This document shows, piece by piece, positions 41,939 through 52,568 of a stretch of DNA of 64,000 bases. The stretch covers positions 41,484 through 105,483 of the forward strand of contig CAWFPG010000019.1 in NCBI GenBank assembly GCA_963817715.1, read 5' to 3'. This DNA comes from an uncultured Gemmatimonadales bacterium (GTDB lineage Bacteria > Gemmatimonadota > Gemmatimonadetes > Gemmatimonadales > GWC2-71-9). The stretch's first letter is position 1. Each line of letters opens with the position of its first letter. A program made the position numbers and the translations under genes. Under the pieces are notes generated by a model. The model saw only the letters and a list, made by a program, of their open reading frames with translations, did no database searches and was not told the origin of the DNA.

Positions 41939-42664
41939 TTGGCCGGGGTGCCCATCACGTCCCGTTTTCCCGATACCCGCCTCTCCGTCCTGGAAGCGCT
42001 GACCGACGCCGATCCCGAGACGCGTCGGGACGCAGCGGAGCTCGTGGTCCGCGCCTACCGTGGCCCGGTGGTCGATCACTTTCGGTGGCGCTGGTCGCTG
42101 GATGAGGCCGATGCGGAGGATCTGGCCCAGGAGTTCTTCGCAGCGGCCCTGGAGAAGGAGTGGCTGGGGCGGTTCGACCCTGCCCGGGGTCGCTTCCGGA
42201 TCTTCCTGCGAACCTGCGCCCAGCGGTTCGCCGCCAAGCGGCATGCGGCAGACGGCCGCCTGAAGCGAGGCGGCAACGCAGTGATCCTCTCGTTCGATGA
42301 CCTCGGGGAGCAGCCGCATGCAGACGATGTGGGGGCAGAGCAGCGATTCCGCACGGAATGGGTTCGCGCGGTGTTTCAGGCGGCGCTCGATGCATTGCGT
42401 GCCGAGGGAGAGGTGCAGGAACGCACGGTGCATCTCGCGCTGTTCGAGGCGTATGATCTGGCGGAGCACGACGCGGTCAACCGTCCCACCTATGCCGAAC
42501 TCGGGGCGCACCACGACCTGGGGGCATCACAGGTGATCAACCACCTGGCCTGGGCGCGGCGACGGTTCCGGCACCACGTGCTTGGGGTGCTCCGGCGTCT
42601 CGCGGCCAGCGAGGCGGAGTATCGGGAGGATGTGCGCGACCTGCTGGGGATCACGCCGCCGTGA
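41939..42664 (+). CDS. ECF-type sigma factor
   Basis: FPDTRLSVL, DAEDLAQEFF, FDPARGRFRIFL, LKRGG, C-terminal HTH; start TTG 41939 or GTG 41948. Confidence 0.82.
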   Translation: MAGVPITSRFPDTRLSVLEALTDADPETRRDAAELVVRAYRGPVVDHFRWRWSLDEADAEDLAQEFFAAALEKEWLGRFDPARGRFRIFLRTCAQRFAAKRHAADGRLKRGGNAVILSFDDLGEQPHADDVGAEQRFRTEWVRAVFQAALDALRAEGEVQERTVHLALFEAYDLAEHDAVNRPTYAELGAHHDLGASQVINHLAWARRRFRHHVLGVLRRLAASEAEYREDVRDLLGITPP

Positions 42665-43611
42665 GCCGGCTCTCTGACGCTGCGGTCGCGCGGATCAGCA
42701 GCCAGCTCCTGGTCCCGGCGTTGCCACCCCGATATCAGCCGATCACGGTGATCGGTCGCGGGGGAATGGGCGTGGTGTGGCGGGCACACGATCACGAACT
42801 CGATCGCGATGTGGCGGTGAAGGTGCTGGCGGAACACGTCGATGGCCCCGGGCTGGTGGCTCGGTTGCGGCGCGAATCGCGGATCCTCGCGCGACTCGAG
42901 CATCCCGGCGTGGTGGCCGTGCACGACGCCGGAGTGCTCGACGACGGCAGGCCATGGTACGTGATGCGGCTGGTGCGGGGCCAGGGGCTGGACACGGCGG
43001 CGGTTCGACTCACCCGGGGAGACCAGCTACGGGTGATGGCACGACTCGCCGAGACGATCGCGTTCGCCCATGATCGCGGGGTCGTGCACCGCGACCTCAC
43101 CCCGCGCAACATCATGCTCGGTCCGTTCGGCGAGGTGCTGGTCCTCGACTGGGGCGTGGCGCGAGAGAGCGGCCAGCCCGAGCCCGACGGGAGAGCCAGC
43201 ACCCCGGGCGTCGATGACACCATCGTCACCGATCACGGCACGGTGCTGGGGACGCCGGGCTACATGGCACCGGAGCAGGCGGCTGGGCTCCCGGCCGACC
43301 ACCGTAGCGATATCCACGGACTGGGAGCGATCCTGCGCGACCTCCTCGACGCCGGGGGCGACCCCGTGCCGCCGGCCCTCGCAGCGATCCGCGACCGCGC
43401 CCTCGCTCCCGATCCGGCCGCGAGGTATCCTGATCCCCTTTCCTTCCGGGATGATCTGGAGCGGTTCCAGGACGGCGAGCCGGTCTCGGCGCATCGCGAA
43501 CGACTCCACGAGCGACTGGGCCGGATCGGTTGGCGGTACCGGACCGCCATCCTGCTGGTGACCGGTTACCTCCTGATGCGCCTGCTGGTCCTGCTCTGGC
43601 GCGGCATCTGA
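42661..43611 (+). CDS. Hanks-type Ser/Thr protein kinase with one C-terminal TM helix
   Basis: GRGGMG, VAVKVL, HRDLTPRN, DWG, GTPGYMAPEQ; GTGA overlap with the ECF stop. Confidence 0.9.
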   Translation: MSRLSDAAVARISSQLLVPALPPRYQPITVIGRGGMGVVWRAHDHELDRDVAVKVLAEHVDGPGLVARLRRESRILARLEHPGVVAVHDAGVLDDGRPWYVMRLVRGQGLDTAAVRLTRGDQLRVMARLAETIAFAHDRGVVHRDLTPRNIMLGPFGEVLVLDWGVARESGQPEPDGRASTPGVDDTIVTDHGTVLGTPGYMAPEQAAGLPADHRSDIHGLGAILRDLLDAGGDPVPPALAAIRDRALAPDPAARYPDPLSFRDDLERFQDGEPVSAHRERLHERLGRIGWRYRTAILLVTGYLLMRLLVLLWRGI

Positions 43612-43735
43612 GCAACCTCAAGGGTCACCAGTCTGACGGGTAATGGCAGGGTACGGGGAACACTGGGCAACGGAGTTGTCGCCCGCAACACGCGGCCGCG
43701 AGTCGCGACCACCAACGCATCAGGGAGCCAGCAAC

Positions 43736-44098
43736 ATGGGCAAGCCACTCTTCGGCCTCATCCTCGGCGGCATTCTGGGGATCTTTGACGGCCTCTCGGC
43801 GCTGATCTCGGCCCCGGAAGTCCGGCCCGAGATCATGGGGATCGTCCTCGGATCGATGGGCAAGGGACTGGTCGCAGGGTTGGTTATCGGGTTCGTGGCC
43901 AAGAAGGTCCAGTCGCTCGCAATCGGGATCGTGGCCGGAGTCGTGGTGAGCGGGCTCCTTGCCCTTCCGTTTGCGATGGCTACCGATCCGACCACGGGGG
44001 AGAAGTACTTCTGGGAGATCCTGATTCCCGGAATGCTCGTCGGCCTGATCGTGGGATATGCCACCCAGCGCCACCAGCCCAAGGGGCGTGCGGCGTGA
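43736..44098 (+). CDS. Small four-TM membrane protein
   Basis: 120 aa with four Gly-rich hydrophobic helices; SD-like GGGAG upstream. Confidence 0.75.
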   Translation: MGKPLFGLILGGILGIFDGLSALISAPEVRPEIMGIVLGSMGKGLVAGLVIGFVAKKVQSLAIGIVAGVVVSGLLALPFAMATDPTTGEKYFWEILIPGMLVGLIVGYATQRHQPKGRAA

Positions 44099-44793
44099 GG
44101 CTTCGGTCGGACACGACCCCCATTCCGGCCATTGGGCATCAGACGGTGCGGGTCGTCGCCGCGCTTGGCATTCCAGCGTTGCTGGCCGCCCAGCAGCCGA
44201 TGGCCCCCGCGGGGTGGACCGCCCATCTCGATGCCAGCCAGCAGATGATCAATGGGCAGGAGGTCGCCCCCGGCGAGTGGCGCTTCGAGGCGATGCCGCC
44301 CGGGTGGCACATGACCACCACCGAACAGGGGGTGACCCTCACAGCCGACCGCCAGGTGCTCCACGGTCGCTGGGGAGTCGAGGTGGAACTCTATCTCTTC
44401 CCCGATCCGTCGGCTGCCCCGCTGGGCATCGCGTTGCAGGGTCGCGACGCCGAGTTGTCGCCGGATAGCGAGTTGCGGTTCCTGATGCGACGCGACGGCT
44501 CGACGGGGTTGCTGATGCACCTGAACGGTGCCGACACGATGCTGGTACCGTGGACGCGGGACACCGCGATCGTCCCGCATGCCGGTGGGGTGGAGAAGCA
44601 TGTGCTCCGGCTGGTGCACGAGCGCGACCGGGTGATCTTCTCGATCGACGGGCACGAAGCGTTCGTGGCACCGGCCGAAGGCGAGGGACATCGGGTGGCC
44701 CCCGGCCTGCGGGTCGGGCCCGGGTTGAACGTGCATGTGTCACGATTCGACGTGATCACGCCACGTGCACCGGCCAGGAGGCGAGGACCGTGA
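44095..44793 (+). CDS. Secreted hypothetical protein, possible ConA-like beta-sandwich
   Basis: Signal-like N-terminus, all-beta pattern; GTGA overlaps on both sides. Confidence 0.6.
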   Translation: MRLRSDTTPIPAIGHQTVRVVAALGIPALLAAQQPMAPAGWTAHLDASQQMINGQEVAPGEWRFEAMPPGWHMTTTEQGVTLTADRQVLHGRWGVEVELYLFPDPSAAPLGIALQGRDAELSPDSELRFLMRRDGSTGLLMHLNGADTMLVPWTRDTAIVPHAGGVEKHVLRLVHERDRVIFSIDGHEAFVAPAEGEGHRVAPGLRVGPGLNVHVSRFDVITPRAPARRRGP

Positions 44794-45734
44794 GCGCGGT
44801 GCGATGCGTCCCGGTTGCCGGATTGGCGCTCCTCGCCGTGATGCCGGTCGCCCCACTCGTCGCCCAGGAGGCGGTCGCCGCGCCCGATGGCTTGCGGCGG
44901 TACTCCCTGGTGTACACCACGCGAATCGATGGCGATCCGGAGTTGGTCACGCTCGACCTGACCTCGGGCGCGGCAACACGACTGACGACCGCTCCCGGGC
45001 TCGACCTGGGTGGCCGGGTGTCGCCGGACGGACGCTGGTTGGTGTACAGCACCATGCGGGACGGCAACCGGGAGATCTTTCGCGCGGCGCTCCCCGATGG
45101 GTCGGACCCCGTCAACCTCAGCCGGGATCCCGCGGAGGACCTGCTGCCGAGCTGGTCGTCCGATGGGCGGCAGATCGTGTTCTTCTCGACCCGTGGCCAG
45201 GCGCGCGGACCGCGTGGGGAGTTCGTCGGCCACCTGTATCGGATCGACGCCGACGGAGGCACGGCGCTCCGACTCACCCTCGCGCCGCTCGCCTCCTCGT
45301 TCGGAGGCGAACTCTCCCCCGACGGCTCGCATCTGCTCTTCGCCCAGGAGCAGGACGGCAATATCGATCTCCTGGAGATGGTCCTCGACGGCTCGGGCCG
45401 GACCATCCGGGTCACGACGGCGGCGGCCGCGGAGTACGGGGGACAATACTCCCCCGAGGGCGACCGGATCGCGTTCCATCAGGGTGGGGTGGGAGATGAG
45501 TCGCACCTAGTCGTGCTGGATCGCGGCACCGGGGTACAATCGGTGGTCACTTTGGGTCACCAGGACTATGGGCCATCCTGGTCACCGGACGGGGAGTGGC
45601 TGGTGTTCAGTCGGGCGCCGACCGGAAGCAACCTGTTCGGGATCTACGCGGTCCGGCTCGCCGACGGGCTGGTGGTGCCGCTGGTCGTCGGAGGGGTCGA
45701 CTCCCGCACGCCTTCGCTCTTCCGGACGCCCTAG
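44790..45734 (+). CDS. Secreted TolB-like (PD40) beta-propeller protein
   Basis: Signal peptide; repeated SPDGR, PSWSSDG, LSPDG, YSPEG, PSWSPDG. Confidence 0.85.
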   Translation: MSAVRCVPVAGLALLAVMPVAPLVAQEAVAAPDGLRRYSLVYTTRIDGDPELVTLDLTSGAATRLTTAPGLDLGGRVSPDGRWLVYSTMRDGNREIFRAALPDGSDPVNLSRDPAEDLLPSWSSDGRQIVFFSTRGQARGPRGEFVGHLYRIDADGGTALRLTLAPLASSFGGELSPDGSHLLFAQEQDGNIDLLEMVLDGSGRTIRVTTAAAAEYGGQYSPEGDRIAFHQGGVGDESHLVVLDRGTGVQSVVTLGHQDYGPSWSPDGEWLVFSRAPTGSNLFGIYAVRLADGLVVPLVVGGVDSRTPSLFRTP

Positions 45735-46450
45735 CGGAGCTGGATGCCCACCGATTTCGGCCCCACAAGGATCCGCGGTGCCAGTCCGAAGAGCGACACC
45801 CTGCCGTCGACCAGCTTCCCCGAGAGGATCCCGATCCCGGCGGCGGCGATCACGTCGCTGACCCAGTGGTGCTCGCCGATCACCCGTCCCACGGCGGTCC
45901 CGGTGGCCGCGCCATAGAGCAGGACACGCGGCAGCGGTCGATCGATGGCGTCGCCGAGGGTGGTGGCCAGCGCGAAGGCGGCGGTGGTGTGGCCGCTCGG
46001 CATCGAGGTGTAGCCCGAGAAGGGGCGAAGCACGCCGCCGTCGAGGTCGGGGTCCTGGAACGGTCGCTGCCGACCGATCACCTGCTTGAGGAACTCGACG
46101 GCCACGGCGCTGCCGGCGATCGCCACGGCGGTCCGCGCCGCGGTCCGCACCAGCGCCGGGCGCCGGGTGACCAGCCCGGTGAGCAGCAGCGCGCCGGCGA
46201 TGGGAACACTCACGCCCACCTCGCCGAAGCGCGACAGGTCACGAGCCGCGCCCGCCAGTGACTCCCGGTGGGGGTGGACCTGACGGGCGACGGGTTGATC
46301 CACGAACAGGGCGATGGTGATCGCAGCGCCTGTCACGGCGACCGGCTTCCAGCTGAGCCCTGCCGGGGTGTCCTGCGCCGGCAGCGCGGTCGGGCCGGCG
46401 AGCGCCAGGGCCAGCAGGAGGCACCCGACGCGACGCCAGGCTGACGTCAT
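45731..46450 (-). CDS. PAP2-family phosphatase
   Basis: KQVIGRQRP, SMPSGHT, GRVIGEHHWVSDV. Confidence 0.88.
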   Translation of the reverse strand: MTSAWRRVGCLLLALALAGPTALPAQDTPAGLSWKPVAVTGAAITIALFVDQPVARQVHPHRESLAGAARDLSRFGEVGVSVPIAGALLLTGLVTRRPALVRTAARTAVAIAGSAVAVEFLKQVIGRQRPFQDPDLDGGVLRPFSGYTSMPSGHTTAAFALATTLGDAIDRPLPRVLLYGAATGTAVGRVIGEHHWVSDVIAAAGIGILSGKLVDGRVSLFGLAPRILVGPKSVGIQLR

Positions 46451-47577
46451 GGCGTCACCAGCCGAAGCCAGCGCAATTCCCACGGTTCACTCTCGGTGGG
46501 CCGATGGACCAGGATCGAATCACCCTGGGCCAGCAGCACCTGGCAGCGCTCCGGGAGCCGGAACCGGGTCTGTGGCGCGCCATCGGGGCCAAGGCGCAGG
46601 TACTCGACGCTGTCGCGGCCGGGGATAACACTCCGCGCCATCAGGATGTCGCCGCTGGGCATCACGGTGAGGCCAGTCACGGCGGGGTGGAGCGTGTCGG
46701 AACGATCACGCATCGAGGCGAAGTCGTCGTCCTCGAGCGGTAGCAGCACCGAGGCCGCGCGCACCACCGAGTCGCGGATCGCCAGTTCGCGATCGGTCAC
46801 CGGGGGCCCGGCCGGACCATGGAGTGTCCAGCGCACGGTGCCGTCGGCTGCGCGACGCTGGACCAGGAACGGACTGCCCGGCGACCAGACGATGTCGCCG
46901 TCGGTCTCGAGCGCCCAGCTCGGCGACGCGGTGATGAGCGGTACCAACGGCGGTGCGAGCGGGCTGCCGCTGTGCATCCAGGGGACCGGGGTCGTCAACA
47001 CGTCGGTGCCGACCGAGTCGGAGATCCGGCGCAGCAGGGTCACCGTGAGCTTGCCGGCGCTGTCGGCATCCCAGCCCCGGATCGCCTGGCGGACGGGCGT
47101 GGTGCCGACATAGCCCAGCATGGTCATCGGTTGGTGCAACGGGAGGAGCTCGGTCTTCTCGAGACGCCCCTCCGCATTGAATCGGAGCAGCCGCCAGCCG
47201 CTGTCGGCGGTGACCACCCGGTAGCCTGAGCCGTCGGTCGCGATGGCCATCGCCCTGAGGTACTCGCTGCTGTCGCCCCCGGCCCGACCGATCGGGATGC
47301 CCATCGAGTCGCCAGCGCGCCAGACCCGGATGGTGCGGCCCGGTTCCCAGATCGCGATCCGCTGGGCATCGAGCCGATTGGCCACGGCAGAGTGGAGCGG
47401 GCAGTCGTCGTAGCCGAGGGCTGTGCAGAGCAGGGTGCCGTCCTCGACCGTCAATTCCGGGAGCGATGCGAGGTCGGCCTCGGTCACCGTTCGCTCGCTG
47501 ACCGTGGCGGTGGACGTCCCACCGCAGGCGGCGGCGAGGAGGAGGAGGCCGGTCGGGAAAAGCTGCCGCATGATCAT
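46447..47577 (-). CDS. Hypothetical lipoprotein, probable beta-propeller
   Basis: Lipobox LLLLAAAC; beta-strand repeats. Confidence 0.7.
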   Translation of the reverse strand: MIMRQLFPTGLLLLAAACGGTSTATVSERTVTEADLASLPELTVEDGTLLCTALGYDDCPLHSAVANRLDAQRIAIWEPGRTIRVWRAGDSMGIPIGRAGGDSSEYLRAMAIATDGSGYRVVTADSGWRLLRFNAEGRLEKTELLPLHQPMTMLGYVGTTPVRQAIRGWDADSAGKLTVTLLRRISDSVGTDVLTTPVPWMHSGSPLAPPLVPLITASPSWALETDGDIVWSPGSPFLVQRRAADGTVRWTLHGPAGPPVTDRELAIRDSVVRAASVLLPLEDDDFASMRDRSDTLHPAVTGLTVMPSGDILMARSVIPGRDSVEYLRLGPDGAPQTRFRLPERCQVLLAQGDSILVHRPTESEPWELRWLRLVTP

Positions 47578-47582
47578 CGTCC

Positions 47583-48680
47583 TCAGGTGTTGAAACGGAA
47601 GAGCATCACGTCGCCGTCCTGCACCACGTACTCCTTCCCCTCGGCCCTGGAGAGCCCCTGTTCGCGGGCTGGCTTCCAGCCGCCGACCCGCACGAAGTCG
47701 TCGTAGCCCACCGTCTCGGCGCGGATGAAGCCGCGCTCGAAGTCGGAATGGATCTCGCCGGCGGCCTCGGGCGCGCGCGCGCCGCGCCGGACGGTCCAGG
47801 CGCGGACCTCCTTCTCGCCGGCCGTGAAATAGCTCTGCAGGCCGAGCAGCCGGTAGGCGGCCCGGGCCAGGCGATCGAGTCCAGACTCGTGTACCCCGAG
47901 CGCCTCCAGGAATTCCGTCCGATCCTCGGGGGCCAGCTCGGCCAGCTCGGCCTCGACCTTGGCGGAGAAGATCACCACCTCGGCCGGTTCGCCGCTGGCA
48001 GCGATGGCGGCGCGGAGCGCCTCGACGTGGGGGTTGCCGTCGACCAGTTCGTCGTCGCGCACGTTGGCGGCGTAGAGCACCGGCTTGGCGGTGAGGAGGT
48101 TGAAGGTGCGATAGGCCGTCTGCTCCTCGCTGCTCGGCACCACGGTGCGCGCCATCCGGCCGGCGCCGAGTGCCTCGGCGAGTCGCTCCAGCAGCGCCCG
48201 CTCCAGCTTGGCCTGCGCCTCACCCGTGCGGGCGGCCCGGGTCGCCTTGTCGAGCCGCTTCTCCACCGTGGCGAGGTCGGCGAGGGCCAACTCGGTCTCG
48301 ATGATCTCCTTGTCGCGAACCGGATCGACGGCACCCATCACGTGCTGGATGTCGTCGTCGGCAAAGCAGCGCACCACGTGCACGATCGCATTGACCTCGC
48401 GGATGTTGGCGAGGAACTGGTTGCCCAGCCCTTCACCCTGCGAGGCCCCCTCGACCAGGCCGGCGATGTCGACAAACTGCACGGTCGCCGGGACGATCCG
48501 CTGGGGGGCGACGAAGCGGGCGATCGCCCCGAGTCGCTCGTCGGGCACCTCGACGACGCCGGTGTTGGGCTCGATGGTGGCGAAGGGGTAGTTGGCGACC
48601 AGCGCGCCGGCGCGGGTCAGCGCATTGAACAGGGTCGATTTGCCGACGTTCGGGAGGCCGACGATTCCGAGAGAGAGCAT
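47583..48680 (-). CDS. ychF: Redox-regulated ATPase YchF
   Basis: [45 protein letters not shown]. The ORF-track extension to 48923 is repeat-derived. Confidence 0.97.
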   Translation of the reverse strand: MLSLGIVGLPNVGKSTLFNALTRAGALVANYPFATIEPNTGVVEVPDERLGAIARFVAPQRIVPATVQFVDIAGLVEGASQGEGLGNQFLANIREVNAIVHVVRCFADDDIQHVMGAVDPVRDKEIIETELALADLATVEKRLDKATRAARTGEAQAKLERALLERLAEALGAGRMARTVVPSSEEQTAYRTFNLLTAKPVLYAANVRDDELVDGNPHVEALRAAIAASGEPAEVVIFSAKVEAELAELAPEDRTEFLEALGVHESGLDRLARAAYRLLGLQSYFTAGEKEVRAWTVRRGARAPEAAGEIHSDFERGFIRAETVGYDDFVRVGGWKPAREQGLSRAEGKEYVVQDGDVMLFRFNT

Positions 48681-48683
48681 GCG

Positions 48684-48718
48684 GGTCGATGGTCGATGGT
48701 CGAGGGTCGATGGTCGAT
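48684..48718. repeat. Left inverted arm: 5 GGTCGAT-type heptamers
   Basis: GGTCGAT GGTCGAT GGTCGAG GGTCGAT GGTCGAT, 3 nt from the ychF start codon. Confidence 0.95.
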
Positions 48719-48732
48719 GAAACGTGGGGCGG

Positions 48733-48738
48733 AATCTA
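48733..48738 (-). promoter_or_regulatory. Candidate -10 box (TAGATT) for ychF
   Basis: The same TAGATT hexamer precedes rpsF (33012-33007) and tRNA-Gln (54882-54877) on the minus strand. Confidence 0.45.
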
Positions 48739-48796
48739 GTGCCGTAGCGGCGGATCCGGTTCCCCGAGGGGCCTGGTGGTCGCGCACTGTTCCGGC

Positions 48797-49156
48797 ATGG
48801 GTGATTTCCGGCGACTGGAGGTCTGGCGGGCGGCGCACCAAGCCGCCTGCGAGGTCTATCGTCTTTCGGCGAGCTGGCCGCTGGACGAGCGGTTCGGCCT
48901 GACATCCCAGATCCGTCGTGCATCCGTTTCCGTCGTCTCGAACATCGCCGAGGGTGCCGGACGGATGTCCGACCGAGAATTGTGCCGGTTCGTCCGGATC
49001 GCCCGAGGGTCGAACCAGGAGGTGCTGGCCCAGGTGCTGATCGCCGAATCGCTCGGATTCCTGGCGCCCGATGAGGTCACCACCCTGAGGCGGCGAGTCG
49101 AACGGATCGGCGCGATGCTCTCGGGGATGCTCAAGCGATTGGGGCGAACGGCCTGA
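48797..49156 (+). CDS. Four-helix-bundle protein (23S rRNA intervening-sequence protein/TIGR02436 family)
   Basis: FRRLEVW, ERFGLTSQIRRASVSVVSNIAEG, FVRIARGSNQE; 119 aa; antisense to its neighbours. Confidence 0.92.
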   Translation: MGDFRRLEVWRAAHQAACEVYRLSASWPLDERFGLTSQIRRASVSVVSNIAEGAGRMSDRELCRFVRIARGSNQEVLAQVLIAESLGFLAPDEVTTLRRRVERIGAMLSGMLKRLGRTA

Positions 49157-49168
49157 ACCGTTCGCCCC
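49141..49168. terminator. Perfect 11-bp hairpin with the four-helix-bundle stop codon in its loop
   Basis: GGGGCGAACGG-cctgaa-CCGTTCGCCCC; no U-tract. Confidence 0.6.
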
Positions 49169-49203
49169 ATCGACCACCGACCATCGACCCTAGACCATCG
49201 ACC
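49169..49203. repeat. Right inverted arm: 5 ATCGACC-type heptamers
   Basis: ATCGACC ACCGACC ATCGACC CTAGACC ATCGACC, directly abutting the hppA stop codon. Confidence 0.95.
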
Positions 49204-51264
<2,061 letters not shown>

Positions 51265-51295
51265 GGTCTCGTGCTGAAGTGGAGGTGGGCGGGAG

Positions 51296-51862
51296 TCAGT
51301 GATTATAGCGGTTCATGGCGGTCTCGATGCCATCGGTGGCCCAGCAGGTCACCGCATCGCACATCTCGTCGAGCAACTCGTCGAGCACCGCCCGTTCGTC
51401 GGGTCGGAATCGCCCGAGGACATAGTCGGCCAGATCGTCGTATTCCGGCGGCTTCGGCCCCACCCCGATCCGCAGCCGGGCATAGTCCTGCCGCCGGAGG
51501 TGGGCCTCGACGCTCTTCAGGCCATTGTGGCCCCCGGCCGAGCCGGCCCCTCGCAGCCGAAAGCGCCCCAGGGGCAGGGCCGCCTCGTCGACCAGCACCA
51601 GCAGGTCGCTGGTCGGGTCCCAGTTGGGGGAGCGAAGTGCCCGCAGGGACTGGCCGCTGAGGTTCATGTACGTCGTCGGCTTGAGCAGCCGAACGGGGAC
51701 GCCGTCGAGCGTCCCCGTCGTCGCGACGGCCTGGTCGGCGCGACGAAACGGCCCGAAGCCGCCTCGCGCCGCCAGCCGGTCGAGCAGGATCCAGCCGGCG
51801 TTGTGCCGCGTGCGCTCGTATTCGGGGCCGGGGTTGCCGAGCCCCACGATCGCCTTGGCCAC
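51296..51862 (-). CDS. pth: Peptidyl-tRNA hydrolase
   Basis: [36 protein letters not shown]. Confidence 0.96.
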   Translation of the reverse strand: MAKAIVGLGNPGPEYERTRHNAGWILLDRLAARGGFGPFRRADQAVATTGTLDGVPVRLLKPTTYMNLSGQSLRALRSPNWDPTSDLLVLVDEAALPLGRFRLRGAGSAGGHNGLKSVEAHLRRQDYARLRIGVGPKPPEYDDLADYVLGRFRPDERAVLDELLDEMCDAVTCWATDGIETAMNRYNH

Positions 51863-51871
51863 CGGCCCGCC

Positions 51872-52543
51872 CTACTCGGCGTCGCCGGTCTCGGCCTCGT
51901 CGTCGTCCTCGGCCTTGCCCCGCTTGATGACCTCGGGCTCACCCTCGGTCTCGGGCTCCTCCTCGGCGACTTCCTCGGTCTCGACCCGGGCCGCCAGCAC
52001 CGCGACGACCGAGACATCGTCGTCGTGCTGGATCTCGGCGTTGGGGACGGTCACCTCGCTGACATGGATCGACTGGCCGACATGCAGCGGTGTGACGTCG
52101 ACGTCGACGTGCTCGGGGATGTTGCCCGGCAGGCACTTGATCGTCAGGCGATGGAGCTGGTGATCGAGCACGCCACCCTGGTTGCGCACGCCCTCGGCCA
52201 CACCGACGAGCCGGACCGGGACGTCGACGACGATCGGTTCGCCGGCGACGACCGCATAGAGGTCGACGTGGATCACGTCGGCCCGGCGGACCGGGTTGCG
52301 TTGCACCTCGCGCACGATCGCCTTGACCGGCGTCGCCCCGTCGATGGTGACGTCGATCAGGACCGTCTCGGCGCCGATCGTCTCCAGCAGTTGGCCGACG
52401 GCCTTGTGCTCGAGCTCGATCGGTTGGGGTTCACGGCCGTGGCCGTAGATGACCGCCGGGATCTTCCCCTCGCGGCGCAACGAGCGTGCGATGCCCTTGC
52501 CTGTGTTCGTCCGCGAGGCCGCGGTCAGCGTGACTGCTTCCAT
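51872..52543 (-). CDS. rplY: 50S ribosomal protein L25/general stress protein Ctc
   Basis: RSLRREGKIPAVIYG, HVDLYAV, VPVRLVG, acidic tail. Confidence 0.95.
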   Translation of the reverse strand: MEAVTLTAASRTNTGKGIARSLRREGKIPAVIYGHGREPQPIELEHKAVGQLLETIGAETVLIDVTIDGATPVKAIVREVQRNPVRRADVIHVDLYAVVAGEPIVVDVPVRLVGVAEGVRNQGGVLDHQLHRLTIKCLPGNIPEHVDVDVTPLHVGQSIHVSEVTVPNAEIQHDDDVSVVAVLAARVETEEVAEEEPETEGEPEVIKRGKAEDDDEAETGDAE

Positions 52544-52568
52544 TCCCGTCTCCGTCTCCGTCGTGTGC

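Noticed and set aside
48681-48923. Long N-terminal extension of YchF in the ORF track
   Set aside because: It runs through the repeat arm and the antisense gene; YchF homology begins at MLSLGIVG (48680).
48797-49156. Four-helix-bundle gene as Avd of a diversity-generating retroelement
   Set aside because: No reverse transcriptase or TR/VR pair in the window, and the motifs match the IVP/TIGR02436 branch.
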